Below are positions 1-10,894 of a stretch of 64,000 nt of DNA, piece by piece; position 1 is the first letter of the stretch; every line of letters begins with the position of its first letter. The translations under genes and the position numbers were made by a program. Source of the stretch: a virus (taxonomy: Duplodnaviria > Caudoviricetes); IMG/VR virus record IMGVR_UViG_3300045599_000040, positions 1 to 64,000 of that record; one strand, given 5' to 3'. The notes below the pieces were generated by a model that saw nothing but the letters and a program-made list of their open reading frames with translations, was not told the DNA's origin and did no database searches.

Positions 1-120
1 AAAAAACCAAAATGGTCTGATAGTTATTATGACTATGAATTAGAAGGCGAGTTACACGAAGAGATTTGCGAATATCGTGAAGATTTGTATGAACATGATA
101 TTGAAGAAATTGAATTGTAG

Positions 121-516
121 GTGATTAAAATAGCACATCCTGAAATACATAGCCAAAACTCTGTAAAAAAGTTTGGTGGATCGGTAGAGGATTATCTTCC
201 GATTCACCAATGGTTTGATGATAGTAAAGCGTATATGGCGGATATGCGCCATAGAGCACTAAAGCACCATGCAGCAGGTATATTTGAATGTGAAAGAGTA
301 TTTGGAAAATCTTTTGTCAATTCAGAGGGTAAAACGGTTTATACAAGATACGTTGGTGAGCAGCATGTGTTGGAAGACTTGGGCTTTATTCCAACGCTAG
401 AAGATTGGTTTGAAAATATGGAGCTACAGAAGTGGATGATGAATAGTGATTCTAGAATTAGAAAAATAACAAAGGGAAATAAATTACCAAAGAGTTTAGA
501 AAATAAAAGTCAATAA
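121..516 (+). CDS. Conserved phage hypothetical protein (DUF6915-like)
   Basis: 131 aa; H-rich motifs HPEIHSQNSVKKFGG, IHQWFD, HRALKHH typical of this phage family. Confidence 0.6.
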   Translation: MIKIAHPEIHSQNSVKKFGGSVEDYLPIHQWFDDSKAYMADMRHRALKHHAAGIFECERVFGKSFVNSEGKTVYTRYVGEQHVLEDLGFIPTLEDWFENMELQKWMMNSDSRIRKITKGNKLPKSLENKSQ

Positions 517-558
517 ATCGATTGTTTTAAAATAAAAAATATAAAGAGGAGTATATAA

Positions 559-720
559 ATGAATAATACTGAAACTGTAACAATTTCAAAGGCTGAATAC
601 GAAAGATTGCTAAGAAACAGTGAGTTTCTAGGTTGTCTTGAAGCTTGTGGCGTAGATAATTGGGGTGGATATGGAGAAGCACAAGAAATGTTTGAAGAAG
701 AGGAGGGTAACGAGGAGTAA
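559..720 (+). CDS. Small phage hypothetical protein (53 aa, not in ORF track)
   Basis: RBS AGAGGAG, ATG at 559, MNNTETVTISKAEYERLL...GVDNWGGY, TAA at 718-720. Confidence 0.7.
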   Translation: MNNTETVTISKAEYERLLRNSEFLGCLEACGVDNWGGYGEAQEMFEEEEGNEE

Positions 721-721
721 T

Positions 722-996
722 ATGCCAAGATTAGAAGAGTGGTCATTAACTTTTGATGATAGCAATCCATATCAAGCACCTGAAAATTGCGAAGCTTATA
801 TTTGCAAGGGAAGGTTTATGAAAGAGATGGATTTGAAGATGGAGTGAATATTATTATCTCCAGCGCTAAAGAGTTAGATTTGCAAAACAACATTGCTAGA
901 ACCAGGAACTCTGAATACATATTAGGCAAGCTATCAGAGGAATACTTAAAGTGGCTTGATAGTAATGGATTGAAATTAAATGAGGTGATCGAATGA
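722..996 (+). pseudogene. Phage hypothetical gene split by a frameshift (or sequencing error) near 783-787
   Basis: MPRLEEWSL..NPYQAPE in one frame continues as LRSLYLQGKVYERDGFEDG in another frame across an A4 run. Confidence 0.55.
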
Positions 997-1559
997 GAAT
1001 TGATGTAATGGTAGATATTGAAACACTTGGTACAAATAAGGACTCCACCATTTTTCAAATTGCAGCAGCAACATTTGATGTTGAAACTGGAGAAATTTTT
1101 GAAGTCTATGAACAAGTAGCAGATATAGAAAAAAATAAGACTGTAAATGTAACTGGATCAACACTCAAATGGTGGTTGAAAACGAATAAAGAGCTACTTC
1201 AAGAAATATTAAATAAAGGGACTGAAGCTAGTGGAGTTATACTTATAGATTTTCATGGGTGGCTTCATAAATTGAAATTAAAGTATCAAGAAGTATGTTT
1301 ATGGGGCAACGGTATTCTTTTTGATAATGCACTTATTCAGGAACAGTTGAATGCAATGGGCTTTGATTATCCAATTTATTACAAGAATGACAGAGATGTA
1401 AGAACAATTGTTGATTTGGCAACTAAGAAGCTTGGTATCACAGAACAAGAATTAAAAGAAAAATTCAGTGATACATCGTTAGTTGAACATAACGCATTAG
1501 ATGATGTGAAATATCAAATTAATCTAGTGACGTATTGTTATAATGTGCTAATAAACTAA
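993..1559 (+). CDS. DEDDh 3'-5' exonuclease/exoribonuclease
   Basis: Motifs DVMVDIETLG, WGNGILFD, HNALDD. Confidence 0.85.
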   Translation: MRIDVMVDIETLGTNKDSTIFQIAAATFDVETGEIFEVYEQVADIEKNKTVNVTGSTLKWWLKTNKELLQEILNKGTEASGVILIDFHGWLHKLKLKYQEVCLWGNGILFDNALIQEQLNAMGFDYPIYYKNDRDVRTIVDLATKKLGITEQELKEKFSDTSLVEHNALDDVKYQINLVTYCYNVLIN

Positions 1560-1656
1560 AAAGAGAAAAATTAACCTTCGTTTTTCTCCTTTTATCTCCG
1601 TTTTTCAAGGCGAAAAATCCTTTAAAATTGTGATTTTAAAGTAAAATATATAAGTA

Positions 1657-1685
1657 TTGACATCCGATTGTTTAATGTGTAGTAT
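1657..1685 (+). promoter_or_regulatory. SigA-type promoter with extended -10, upstream of the replication operon
   Basis: TTGACA (1657-1662), 17-bp spacer ending in TG, TAGTAT (1680-1685). Confidence 0.75.
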
Positions 1686-1824
1686 TAGTAATGGATTCCT
1701 TTTTTAGTCTCGCTTGGCGAGTTTATATAGATATAAAATATTATAAAGAGGGTGATAAACTTAAAATAAATACATAGCAATTTAAAATTTCAGGGCTTAA
1801 CTATAAAAAAGGGGAGATATATTA

Positions 1825-2784
1825 ATGACACAAGAGCTTAGACAAGGATTAAATAAAATTGAAATTACAGGTGTATTGAAAGAAAGTAAGCTTAGCAGTG
1901 GGAAAAGCGATAATGGTAATTATATTAATGGTTCATTGGTTATTAAAGCAGGAGAATTTACAGAGTTAGAGCTAAAGGTCTTTGCCAACGAAAAAAACAA
2001 AGAGGGAAAAGTACGCAAAGTATATGAAACACTAAAACAAATTTTAGACAAAGAACTAGAAACACTTGCAGATGGAGTGCCTGAAGAGGAAGCAACAAAG
2101 GTAAGGGTTTGGGGAAATGAAGGATTCACTCCACAATTTCGTGAAGAAATGTATGTCACTGAAGCAAATCCAGATGAAGTTACAACTAGGATTTCATTAG
2201 ATTTAGGTTTCGGAAATGTAACGGTAGATGATCGTATTAAGCCTGAAGACTACAAAGCTACATTCGATGTTGAAATGTTTGTTGTAAAAATCCAAGATGA
2301 GATTAAAAACCATGAAGAGACAGGTCGAGTTATTATTAAGGGTTATGTTCCAGTTTATGGTGGCGAAGTAATTCCCTTGGAAGTGGTTGCTGGGGTTGTT
2401 GAAGATGAAGATGGTGAATTTGACTTTGCTGAGGAAATCAGAGGAAGTGTTCACGAAGGTAGCACGATCAATCTTTGGGGAAATATCGACTACAAAGCAA
2501 TTATTGTTAAAAAGTCAAAGGGCGGTAGCTTAGGGAGAGCAAAAGTTGAAGAGACTCGTACATATGTCAATGATCTAGTTGCAATTGGTGGAGATATTAT
2601 TGATGACGTAGATTTGGAAATTGACGAAGAATTGATTCGGCAAGCAGCCAAAGAACGTGAAAATAAAAAAGATGAAGTTTTACAAAAAAGCAAAGAAGAA
2701 AAGAAGAGTGGCAAAGGGAAAGGCAAAGGTAAAGGAATGAATTCCAAGGGGAAAACAAAGAGTAAAAGCGATATTCCGTTTTAA
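1825..2784 (+). CDS. SSB-like OB-fold protein (SPbeta YorF-like position)
   Basis: First gene of the replication block; acidic body, basic G/K tail and C-terminal DIPF typical of SSB tails. Confidence 0.6.
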   Translation: MTQELRQGLNKIEITGVLKESKLSSGKSDNGNYINGSLVIKAGEFTELELKVFANEKNKEGKVRKVYETLKQILDKELETLADGVPEEEATKVRVWGNEGFTPQFREEMYVTEANPDEVTTRISLDLGFGNVTVDDRIKPEDYKATFDVEMFVVKIQDEIKNHEETGRVIIKGYVPVYGGEVIPLEVVAGVVEDEDGEFDFAEEIRGSVHEGSTINLWGNIDYKAIIVKKSKGGSLGRAKVEETRTYVNDLVAIGGDIIDDVDLEIDEELIRQAAKERENKKDEVLQKSKEEKKSGKGKGKGKGMNSKGKTKSKSDIPF

Positions 2785-2854
2785 AATAAATATTAAATAT
2801 AAAATAAAATATATTGTTACAATATTTTTCTTACTAAGCTAAAAGACAGGGAGA

Positions 2855-3895
2855 GTGATATTGGTGTCAATTTCAGACAGTTTAAAAGGATTGTTAGCTG
2901 AAACATTTCAAGAACGAGCAAAGGTAAGTCGAATTTCCCCAGATTTACGAGGGAAAACGATTGTGCTATATGGCGGCAATAACGTGGGAAAAACTACTCA
3001 AGCGTCTAAATTCAAAAATCCTATTTTCATGCCTTTTGAGAAGGGGATGAATGCCACTTCTGGAGCTGTTGTACTTGAAAATACAAATTGGGCAGATGTA
3101 AAAAGAAATATCAAAACACTATCTGGTCGTAAGTGGAAAGAGCTTTTGAAAAAGGAACAAATTACTGTAATATGGGATGGCTTTGAACGAGCAGGTTTTT
3201 ATTGTCAACGCTATATCGAAAGTAAGTACGATGCGTTTGATATTGCTGATGCACGGAATGGATTTGGGGCTTGGCAGCAATATGAAAAGGAAATTTGGAC
3301 AGAGATTGATAAACTACTTTCAATTGGCTATACAGTAGTCTTTATTGGTCATGAAGAAGTAAACAAGAAGAAAGGCGATAAGATATTCCCTAAAGGTGAT
3401 AGTAGAACTGTATCCCCTATTGTGGATAATGCTGACATTGTTGTATATATAGAATCAAATGGAGTGGATGAGGATGGTAACGTAATACCGTCTTCGGGAT
3501 ATATGTATGAGACAGATGATTTTTTCGGGCGTTCTCGTTTTCACTACGTAAATCCAGTCTTAGAGCATTTTACAGCAGAAAATCTTGAGGAAGCTATCAT
3601 AGAAGGCATCAAGAAGCAGCTTGAGATCGATGGAGTAGAAGGTGTTGATTTCGATGAGCAGCAGCAAATTTATAATAAATCCGAAGAGGTTACATATGAA
3701 TCGTTACTAACGGACATTCATGAGCTTTATACTGCCTTAAAAGAATTGGAAGATCTTGAGTTTTACGAGGAAGCAGTCTCTAAGCATTTGGGAGAAGGTG
3801 TACGAGTTAGCGAAGCAACTAAACGACAAATTGAACCATTGATTTGTATCAAAGACGAGCTAACTGATCGGCTCGAAGAATTAGAAGAGGGGTAA
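2855..3895 (+). CDS. AAA ATPase, Sak4/AAA_24-like (YorG-like)
   Basis: Walker A GGNNVGKTT; IGHEE motif; synteny. Confidence 0.75.
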   Translation: MILVSISDSLKGLLAETFQERAKVSRISPDLRGKTIVLYGGNNVGKTTQASKFKNPIFMPFEKGMNATSGAVVLENTNWADVKRNIKTLSGRKWKELLKKEQITVIWDGFERAGFYCQRYIESKYDAFDIADARNGFGAWQQYEKEIWTEIDKLLSIGYTVVFIGHEEVNKKKGDKIFPKGDSRTVSPIVDNADIVVYIESNGVDEDGNVIPSSGYMYETDDFFGRSRFHYVNPVLEHFTAENLEEAIIEGIKKQLEIDGVEGVDFDEQQQIYNKSEEVTYESLLTDIHELYTALKELEDLEFYEEAVSKHLGEGVRVSEATKRQIEPLICIKDELTDRLEELEEG

Positions 3896-3920
3896 ATTAA
3901 ATAATTTTTTAAATTATTTA

Positions 3921-3957
3921 AACGCAGGAGAGAAGTAACATTCTCTCCCGTTGTTTA
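3921..3957 (+). terminator. Probable intrinsic terminator
   Basis: Stem GGAGAGAA/TTCTCTCC with 6-nt loop, followed by TTGTTT. Confidence 0.55.
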
Positions 3958-3984
3958 TATGTAAGATAGCAAGGATGTGAAATT

Positions 3985-4497
3985 ATGCGAAAGGTAAAAT
4001 GTCCTGCATGCAATACAATGAACGACAAAAACGAAGCAGAGAAAATTGGTAATAGATATTATTGTATTTCTTGTGCAACAGAGCGGAAAGAAGAAATTGA
4101 AAAAAATACAGATGGTTGGGATGAATTATTCAACTATATATGTGAATTATATGAAATAGAAAAACCAACAGGAATGATGTTTGGTCAACTTAAGAGATAT
4201 AGAGAAGCACCATACAACTTTACTAATATGGGTATGTATTTGACATTAAAATACGTATATGAGATCCTAGAAAGAGAGCAAAGGGAAGACGCAGGATTAG
4301 GAATAATTGAATGGGAATATGAGAACGCAAAAAAGCATTACATAGATATAATGAATATTGAGGAGTACATGGAGGATTTTGTTGTAAATGAAGAAGAAAA
4401 AACAATTAATATAAAACCTTCAAATAATGTAAAAGAAAACAAACAGCTTGAAATTCCAACAATCAATGAGGAGGTTTTGAATGTCAAAATCGATTAA
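3985..4497 (+). CDS. Zn-finger replication-associated protein (YorH-like)
   Basis: CPAC...CISC at the N-terminus; lies directly before the helicase. Confidence 0.6.
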   Translation: MRKVKCPACNTMNDKNEAEKIGNRYYCISCATERKEEIEKNTDGWDELFNYICELYEIEKPTGMMFGQLKRYREAPYNFTNMGMYLTLKYVYEILEREQREDAGLGIIEWEYENAKKHYIDIMNIEEYMEDFVVNEEEKTINIKPSNNVKENKQLEIPTINEEVLNVKID

Positions 4498-6052
4498 AAA
4501 ATATTATGATAAACGTTCTGTTTGTCAGGTCTTAGGTGTTTTGATGTTAGAGCCACATCGATTAAAAGTAAGAAGTTATTTTTTAGAGCAAAAAGATTTT
4601 TCTATTGATCCTTTACATAATATAATTTTTACTTGTATATATAATCTTTCGTACCAAGGCGTCAAAGAAATCACAATAGGAGAAATAGAGGGGTATTTAG
4701 CTGCGGTTAGCCCTGTGGATCACTCTAAAGTATTTGATAAATATAACGGAGCAGAATGGCTTAGCAAAGTGATTGAAGCAGCAAATCCACTGAATTTCGA
4801 TTACCATTATAATAAAGTGAAAAAAATGTCATTGCTGCGAAGCTATATGGAGAGAGATATCAGTGTTAAGCATATACTTGATCGAGACGAAGTTGATCCC
4901 AATATAATTAAATCACAAGAAAAATATTTTGATGAATTGACAATTGAAGAAATAATTAAAGAGATAGATGAGAGACATTTAGATGCAAAAAGAAGTTTTA
5001 TCATTAAAGATGGTAATGAAAGCAGGAAAGCTGGAGATAATGCCAAGGAATTGAGAGAAAAAATGAGGGAATCCCCCTCTTATGGACTAGGGTTAGAAAG
5101 CCAGTATTTAAATACTATTGTGAGAGGGGCTTTGGGTGGAAAATTCTTCTTAGAGACTAGAGATAGTGGAATGGGGAAAACACGATTAGCAATAAAAAGG
5201 CTCCTTGGTTTTACAGCTCCCTATATATGGGATTTTCAAAGTGAGACATTTATCAAAAATCCGAATGGTCAAGGTAATAGCGCTCTGTACATAGGGACAG
5301 AAATGGATTTATATGAAGAGCTTGAACCAATGATGTGGGCTTTTATAAGTGGAGTAGAAGAAGATAAAATAAAAGATAATGAATTAAATCACGAGGAAGA
5401 AGAAAGAGTCAACAGAGCAATAGAAATATTACAAGGGACTAAATTATTTATGGAAGATGAGCCAAACTTTGATACGGCATATCTATGGCAAATCATTGAG
5501 CAATATAAAGTAAAATACAACATTTATTCAGCTTGCCTAGATTACATTGAGCTTACGAGTGCCCTGATGTCTGAGTATGCTAAATTAACAAGGGGGATGG
5601 CATCGAGAGAGGATCAGGTGCTGTTGCACCTATCCAACAACTTAAAAAACATAAGTAAAGAATACAATATTTGGATTAATGCTTTTACACAAACCACAGA
5701 CGAGGCAAGAAGAGATGGCATTAGAGATCAAAGAGCAGTAAAAGGAGCAAGATCACTACCAAACAAAGCCGATGTTGGAATAGTTACATTTGAACCAACT
5801 AAAAAAGAAATACAAAAGCTTGAACCCATTATTAAGAAGCTAAAAGGATTTCAAGCACACAAATATCCTAATATTTGTTATTCAATTTATAAAAACAGGG
5901 GCGGAAAACTTAAAAATGTAAAGGTATGGGGGCATCAGAACTTAGGGAATATGGAGTATTGCGATCTATTTTGCACCAATGATTATTATGAGCAAATAAA
6001 TGTAAACAAGACAAAATTAAATATTATTGCAAATGACATAGAAATTGAATAA
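4481..6052 (+). CDS. dnaB: DnaB-like replicative helicase
   Basis: Walker A-like RDSGMGKT; LDYI; QVLLHLSNNLKNISKEYNIWINAFTQ. Confidence 0.85.
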   Translation: MSKSIKKYYDKRSVCQVLGVLMLEPHRLKVRSYFLEQKDFSIDPLHNIIFTCIYNLSYQGVKEITIGEIEGYLAAVSPVDHSKVFDKYNGAEWLSKVIEAANPLNFDYHYNKVKKMSLLRSYMERDISVKHILDRDEVDPNIIKSQEKYFDELTIEEIIKEIDERHLDAKRSFIIKDGNESRKAGDNAKELREKMRESPSYGLGLESQYLNTIVRGALGGKFFLETRDSGMGKTRLAIKRLLGFTAPYIWDFQSETFIKNPNGQGNSALYIGTEMDLYEELEPMMWAFISGVEEDKIKDNELNHEEEERVNRAIEILQGTKLFMEDEPNFDTAYLWQIIEQYKVKYNIYSACLDYIELTSALMSEYAKLTRGMASREDQVLLHLSNNLKNISKEYNIWINAFTQTTDEARRDGIRDQRAVKGARSLPNKADVGIVTFEPTKKEIQKLEPIIKKLKGFQAHKYPNICYSIYKNRGGKLKNVKVWGHQNLGNMEYCDLFCTNDYYEQINVNKTKLNIIANDIEIE

Positions 6053-6060
6053 GAACCTCG

Positions 6061-7194
6061 GTGGTAAACATGAAGGCAGATGAAATTTTAGAACTTGTTA
6101 CCACAGACGACGTAATAAAAATATTAGATAATTTAGGTAGCCAGGTAGCCAGAAAAGATTCTGAGGGTAATATTTATTTTCAAACAGTTTGTCATGGCGG
6201 AGATAGTCACAAGCTTCATTATTTCGTAGATTCAGGGGTATTTTCATGCTATACAGCATGTGGAACAATGAGTCTTTTTGATGTGATAATGAATGCAAAT
6301 AATTGGGAGTTTATAGATGCATTAAAATATGTTGCATCTTTGAAGGGAAGGAGCCTTAATAAGCGAAAAGTAGGTCTTCAAACTTCATCTTACATTAATG
6401 AAGATATTGAATTTTTAAATATACATTTGAATTCTTTTAAAAAGCTGAATGCAAAGCTTCCAATTTATGATCCAAAAATAATGGATTTTTTTGATGATTA
6501 TTATCCAGAAGAATGGAATAATGAGGGAATCACTGAAGATATTGCTAAATATTTTGGCATTAAATTTTATTTCCAACAGGGCAGGGTAATTATTCCTCAT
6601 CATAACATAAGTGGGGATTTAGTAGGAATTCGCGGCAGAAGCTTCCTAAAGCACGACATTGACGCTGGTAGAAAATACATGCCAGTCATTATTCAAAATA
6701 AAATTTACAAGCACCCTACTAATTTTAATCTTTATGGCATTTACCAAAATAATGGAAACATTAGGAAAATTAAAAGAGCTGTTTTGTTTGAAGGAGAAAA
6801 ATCAGTATTAAAATATGGGAGCTATTACGGACAAAATAATAATATATCTTTAGCCACACTAGGTATGACATTCAGTATAGCTCAAAGAGAGATTTTATTA
6901 AATTGTGGTGTAGAGGAAGTTACGATTTGTTTTGATAAGCAATATATGGTCGAGTATCTAGATAAAAAAAACACCAAAGAATACAAAGAGTTTGAGAGGT
7001 ATATAAGGAATTTAGCTAAAATCGCATCAATGTTAATTGGATATTGTAATGTTTACGTAGTCTTGTGCTGGGGGGATTTGATTGATTACAAGGATGCACC
7101 AATAGACAAAGGCAAAGAAATTTTTGAGGAGTTATTTAAGAATTATCGCTATTTAATCAGTGATGTTGATGAGATTATGGAGTTGATTAAATGA
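6061..7194 (+). CDS. dnaG: DNA primase (Zn-binding domain + TOPRIM)
   Basis: CH...CYTAC zinc motif; FEGEKS; CFDKQY; DAPID. Confidence 0.85.
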   Translation: MVNMKADEILELVTTDDVIKILDNLGSQVARKDSEGNIYFQTVCHGGDSHKLHYFVDSGVFSCYTACGTMSLFDVIMNANNWEFIDALKYVASLKGRSLNKRKVGLQTSSYINEDIEFLNIHLNSFKKLNAKLPIYDPKIMDFFDDYYPEEWNNEGITEDIAKYFGIKFYFQQGRVIIPHHNISGDLVGIRGRSFLKHDIDAGRKYMPVIIQNKIYKHPTNFNLYGIYQNNGNIRKIKRAVLFEGEKSVLKYGSYYGQNNNISLATLGMTFSIAQREILLNCGVEEVTICFDKQYMVEYLDKKNTKEYKEFERYIRNLAKIASMLIGYCNVYVVLCWGDLIDYKDAPIDKGKEIFEELFKNYRYLISDVDEIMELIK

Positions 7195-8960
7195 AATATA
7201 AGGCAAAATATTCAGGGTATGATTTTTTACTAGAAGAAAATCTATTGTACTCACTATTGAAAAATCGTGGTGTTGAAGATCCTGAGAGGCTTTTGAATTT
7301 GGATTATACATGCCTACATAATGGAATGCTATTCAAAAATATGAAAAAAGGATTGGAATGCCTTCACAGGCATATCAGTAAAAAAAGCAGAATTCATGTC
7401 CAAGTGGACTCAGACACTGATGGAAATACATCAGCAGCATTTATTATTAAATATCTAAAAAAAATAAATAAAGATTTAAATATAACTTACACTCTTCATA
7501 AAGGGAAAGAGCATGGGATTATTTTAGATTTGATTAGTGACTATGAATTTGATTTACTTATTGTTCCTGACGCTGGTAGTAACGATATTAAAGAGTGTAA
7601 GAAGTTGAGATCTAAGGGTGTGGATATTATTATTCTAGACCACCACGACATTGAAAAAGAAAATCCTTATGCAATAGTTATTAATTGTAAAGATGGTCAA
7701 TATCCTAATCAAATACTTTCAGGATGTGGAGTAACTTATAAGTTTTGTAAAGAATATGATAATATGTTTGGATATAATTATGCTGATTCAATGCTGGAGT
7801 TAGTTGCAGTGGGAACTATTGCAGATTCTGTTGATTTGAGGAATTACGAAACACGTTTCTTATGTTTAAGGGGATTAGAGCTGATAAACGATGGTCATAA
7901 CTCTTTATTGCAAGAAATAATTATGCGAAATGACTATCAAATACAAGGCAATGTAAATATTACGAGTGTTGCATGGAGTATAGCACCAAGCCTTAACGCA
8001 GTCATTAGGTCTGGAACAGATAAAGAGAAGCTTGATACTTTTAGAGCATTATTAGAAGAAGAGGAGCTTGTAAAATATAGGCCTGGGCGGAGCGGGAAGA
8101 CTGAGGATCAAAATGAGTTGGAGCTTACACTGCAAGAGTATGTTGCAAGGTTGCTTGCAAACATTAGAAACAGACAAAATACAATTATCAAAAAAGCTGT
8201 AAAAAAGCTTAACGAAAGGATAAAAGAAAAGGAACTAGATAAAAATAAAGTATTAATAGTAGACACAACTGAAACATTGGAGAAAACTTACACAGGACTA
8301 GTTGCAAATAAACTAGCAAACGAATATAAGCGTCCAGTGATTTTACTGAGAGAAATGTGGCGTGGTACTTATGGTGGAAGTGGACGCAATTATAATTTGT
8401 CACCTGTAGTAGACTTTAAAGATTTTTTATTGAAGCTCAATACATTTAATTATATCCAAGGACACCCTGATGCATTTGGATTTAGTATTAACAGTGATAA
8501 GCTAATTCCGACAAGAGACAAAATAAACGAGATTCTAAAAGACATCACAATTGAGGATATGTATAAGGTTGACTATGAGATCCCCATTGGAAGGCTCAAG
8601 CAAGCGCATATTAAACAAGTTGGTGAGTGGGAAGATTTGTGGGGAGGGGCATTAGATGAACCACTTTTCGCTATCACTGACATTTATATTCCAGTAGAAA
8701 ATATTCGCTTACTAGGGAGTAGAAAGAGTTTCATTCGTTTTGAAGCAAGGGGCATTACATTTGTTAAAAAGTACACTAGTGAAGATGAATACAATAGAAT
8801 GATACTCAAACAATCTAAGGGATTAAAAAAAAGAAGTGTCAAGTCTTTAAAGCTTGATGTTATTGGTAAATTTAAAATGAATAAATATGAAGAGAATGTT
8901 TATCCACAAATTGAAATAATTGATTTTAACTCATCAGAGGGGCAGAATTTTATTTTTTGA
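7191..8960 (+). CDS. recJ: RecJ-like DHH ssDNA exonuclease
   Basis: DSDTDG, LDHH, GTIAD, GSGR, QGHPDAFG. Confidence 0.9.
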   Translation: MKYKAKYSGYDFLLEENLLYSLLKNRGVEDPERLLNLDYTCLHNGMLFKNMKKGLECLHRHISKKSRIHVQVDSDTDGNTSAAFIIKYLKKINKDLNITYTLHKGKEHGIILDLISDYEFDLLIVPDAGSNDIKECKKLRSKGVDIIILDHHDIEKENPYAIVINCKDGQYPNQILSGCGVTYKFCKEYDNMFGYNYADSMLELVAVGTIADSVDLRNYETRFLCLRGLELINDGHNSLLQEIIMRNDYQIQGNVNITSVAWSIAPSLNAVIRSGTDKEKLDTFRALLEEEELVKYRPGRSGKTEDQNELELTLQEYVARLLANIRNRQNTIIKKAVKKLNERIKEKELDKNKVLIVDTTETLEKTYTGLVANKLANEYKRPVILLREMWRGTYGGSGRNYNLSPVVDFKDFLLKLNTFNYIQGHPDAFGFSINSDKLIPTRDKINEILKDITIEDMYKVDYEIPIGRLKQAHIKQVGEWEDLWGGALDEPLFAITDIYIPVENIRLLGSRKSFIRFEARGITFVKKYTSEDEYNRMILKQSKGLKKRSVKSLKLDVIGKFKMNKYEENVYPQIEIIDFNSSEGQNFIF

Positions 8961-8973
8961 TAGGGGTGATTAG

Positions 8974-10383
8974 TTGATAAAAAACAGTGATTTTGTCCAT
9001 TTGCATGTGCATAGTGAATACTCGAATATCCGTTTACTCGACTCTATTAATAAAATTCCCAACATGATTAAATATGTTGTTTCTCTCGGACAAAACGCCT
9101 TAGCATTAACAGATCATGAAAGTGTAAGTGGGCATGTAAAATTTCTTAAAGAAATCAAAAAGCTTAAGAAAGATAAAAAAATTCCACAGGATTTTAAACC
9201 TATTCTTGGAAATGAGATATATTTAATTTCCGAAGATGAAATGAATGAGAAGTTTGAAAAAGGAGAAAGTATAAAGTTTTATCACTTTCTTCTTTTAGCG
9301 AAAGATGCAAAGGGACATAAGATACTTAGACAGCTTTCATCAAGAGCTTGGGAAAGAATGTTTAGTTATAGGGGTCTAGACCGTGTCCCAACCTTTTACT
9401 CTGATATTGAAGAAATACTTGAAGGTAATAAAGGGCATATTATTGCATCTACAGCGTGTCTAGGCTCCTATTTTGCTCAAAACGTATTAGCACTAATAAG
9501 TGAAGAATGCGAAGACGAGATGTTTTACAAGCAGAAAATACATGATTTTGTTACATGGTGTATTGATGTTTTTGGAAAAGATAATTTTTACATAGAAATA
9601 CAACCAAGCAAAGAGTCACTAGAGCAAATTGAGTACAACAAAATGGCTATAAAAATTGCAAAGGCATATGGTTTAAATTTTGTAGTCTCGACTGATGCAC
9701 ATTATATTCAAATGGAAGATAGAAGTGTGCATAAAGCTTATCTTACTTCTGATGAGGAAGATGGTGGTGATAGAGAGGTTGATGCTTTTTATCACAGCAC
9801 CCATTTCTTTACAGCAGATATGCTAGTAAATTATCTTGATTATTTAGACGATGAAGATATACTTCATGCTGTAAAAAGCACGAAAGAAATTGCTGATAAA
9901 ATTGAAGAGTATGACTTAGCCCACAGACAAATTATACCGAAAATAGCTCTCCCTGATGAAGATGAATGGTTTTATGATCATGAGTTATATGAAATGGCTC
10001 AACACTACCCATCTGTAAAAGCAATGATTGAGTCTAGAGAGATTTTTGATAGGTATTTAATAAGCCTTACTTTGAATGGCTTTAAAAACAAAATCTTAAA
10101 AAGAGATTATGAAGTTACCATGGACAGAATAGATGCTGAGTGCAAAGAAATTATCGAAATCAGTATTGCACAACAAGAGCCAATCAGTAGCTATTTTGTC
10201 ACTATGGAAAAAAATATCAATATTATTTGGGATGAAGCTCAAAGTGTGGTTGGTACATCTAGGGGAAGTGCTGCTGGATTTATAATTAACTATCTAATTG
10301 GAATTACCCAAATTAATCCTTTGAAACAGGGCGTAGAGATGCCACATTGGAGATTTATTTCTGGAAAGCGTCCAGAACTCCCT
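8974..10383 (+). CDS. dnaE: DNA polymerase III alpha (DnaE), exon 1 (PHP domain)
   Basis: HLHVHSEYS, LTDH, TDAHY, RGSAAG; ends ...RPELP directly before the intron. Confidence 0.9.
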
Positions 10384-10894
10384 AAATATTGGGGTTTGAT
10401 GGTGAACCTTGCTCAAGGGTGTGTAGCTTAATTGCTATGCTAACGGTATCAGTTAAATAAGGCATTAGCACGAATACACTGACTAAGAGAGCCTACGGTC
10501 TATTTTAAAACATAGATAGCAGGTAATACCGTGCCAAGTCTTTTCCTTGTTCCTAGTTAATTACAAATTATGAAAGGAGGGAATAAGTAGTACGAGGTGA
10601 AAACTCAAATAGAACCAGTGGGTTTTATATATATGACAATTAATAAAATAAGGTCATGCTGGACTGAATAAAGCTATTAAAAATGGTACATTATACAAAA
10701 ATTATTATTGGAACAAGGAAAAGAAAGGTGTAGAGACTATTTGAAAACACAGCAATTGTGCGAGTAAAAGTAGGGATGGAGATAAGCACCATCCCGAAGC
10801 GCCATCACTACTTATGTTTTCATAAGTGGAAGAGATAGTCCAATCCGACTTCTTTAAGGAGTGTTAAAGTATCCCGAAAGGGACGGTAGAAATG
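10384..10894 (+). mobile_element. Group I intron in dnaE (511 nt) with a degenerate homing-endonuclease remnant
   Basis: 5' exon ends in T, intron ends in G, and splicing restores PDIDID in frame; P1 CCCU/GGGG, P3 GATGGTG/CGCCATC, P7 GACTA/TAGTC, AAGGTGTAGAGACTA and AAGAGATAGTCC core motifs. Confidence 0.88.

Noticed and set aside
10384-10431. ORF-track end of dnaE part 1 (KYWGLMVNLAQGCVA) and Met start at 10892
   Set aside because: Both are intron sequence; the ATG is the last three nucleotides of the intron.
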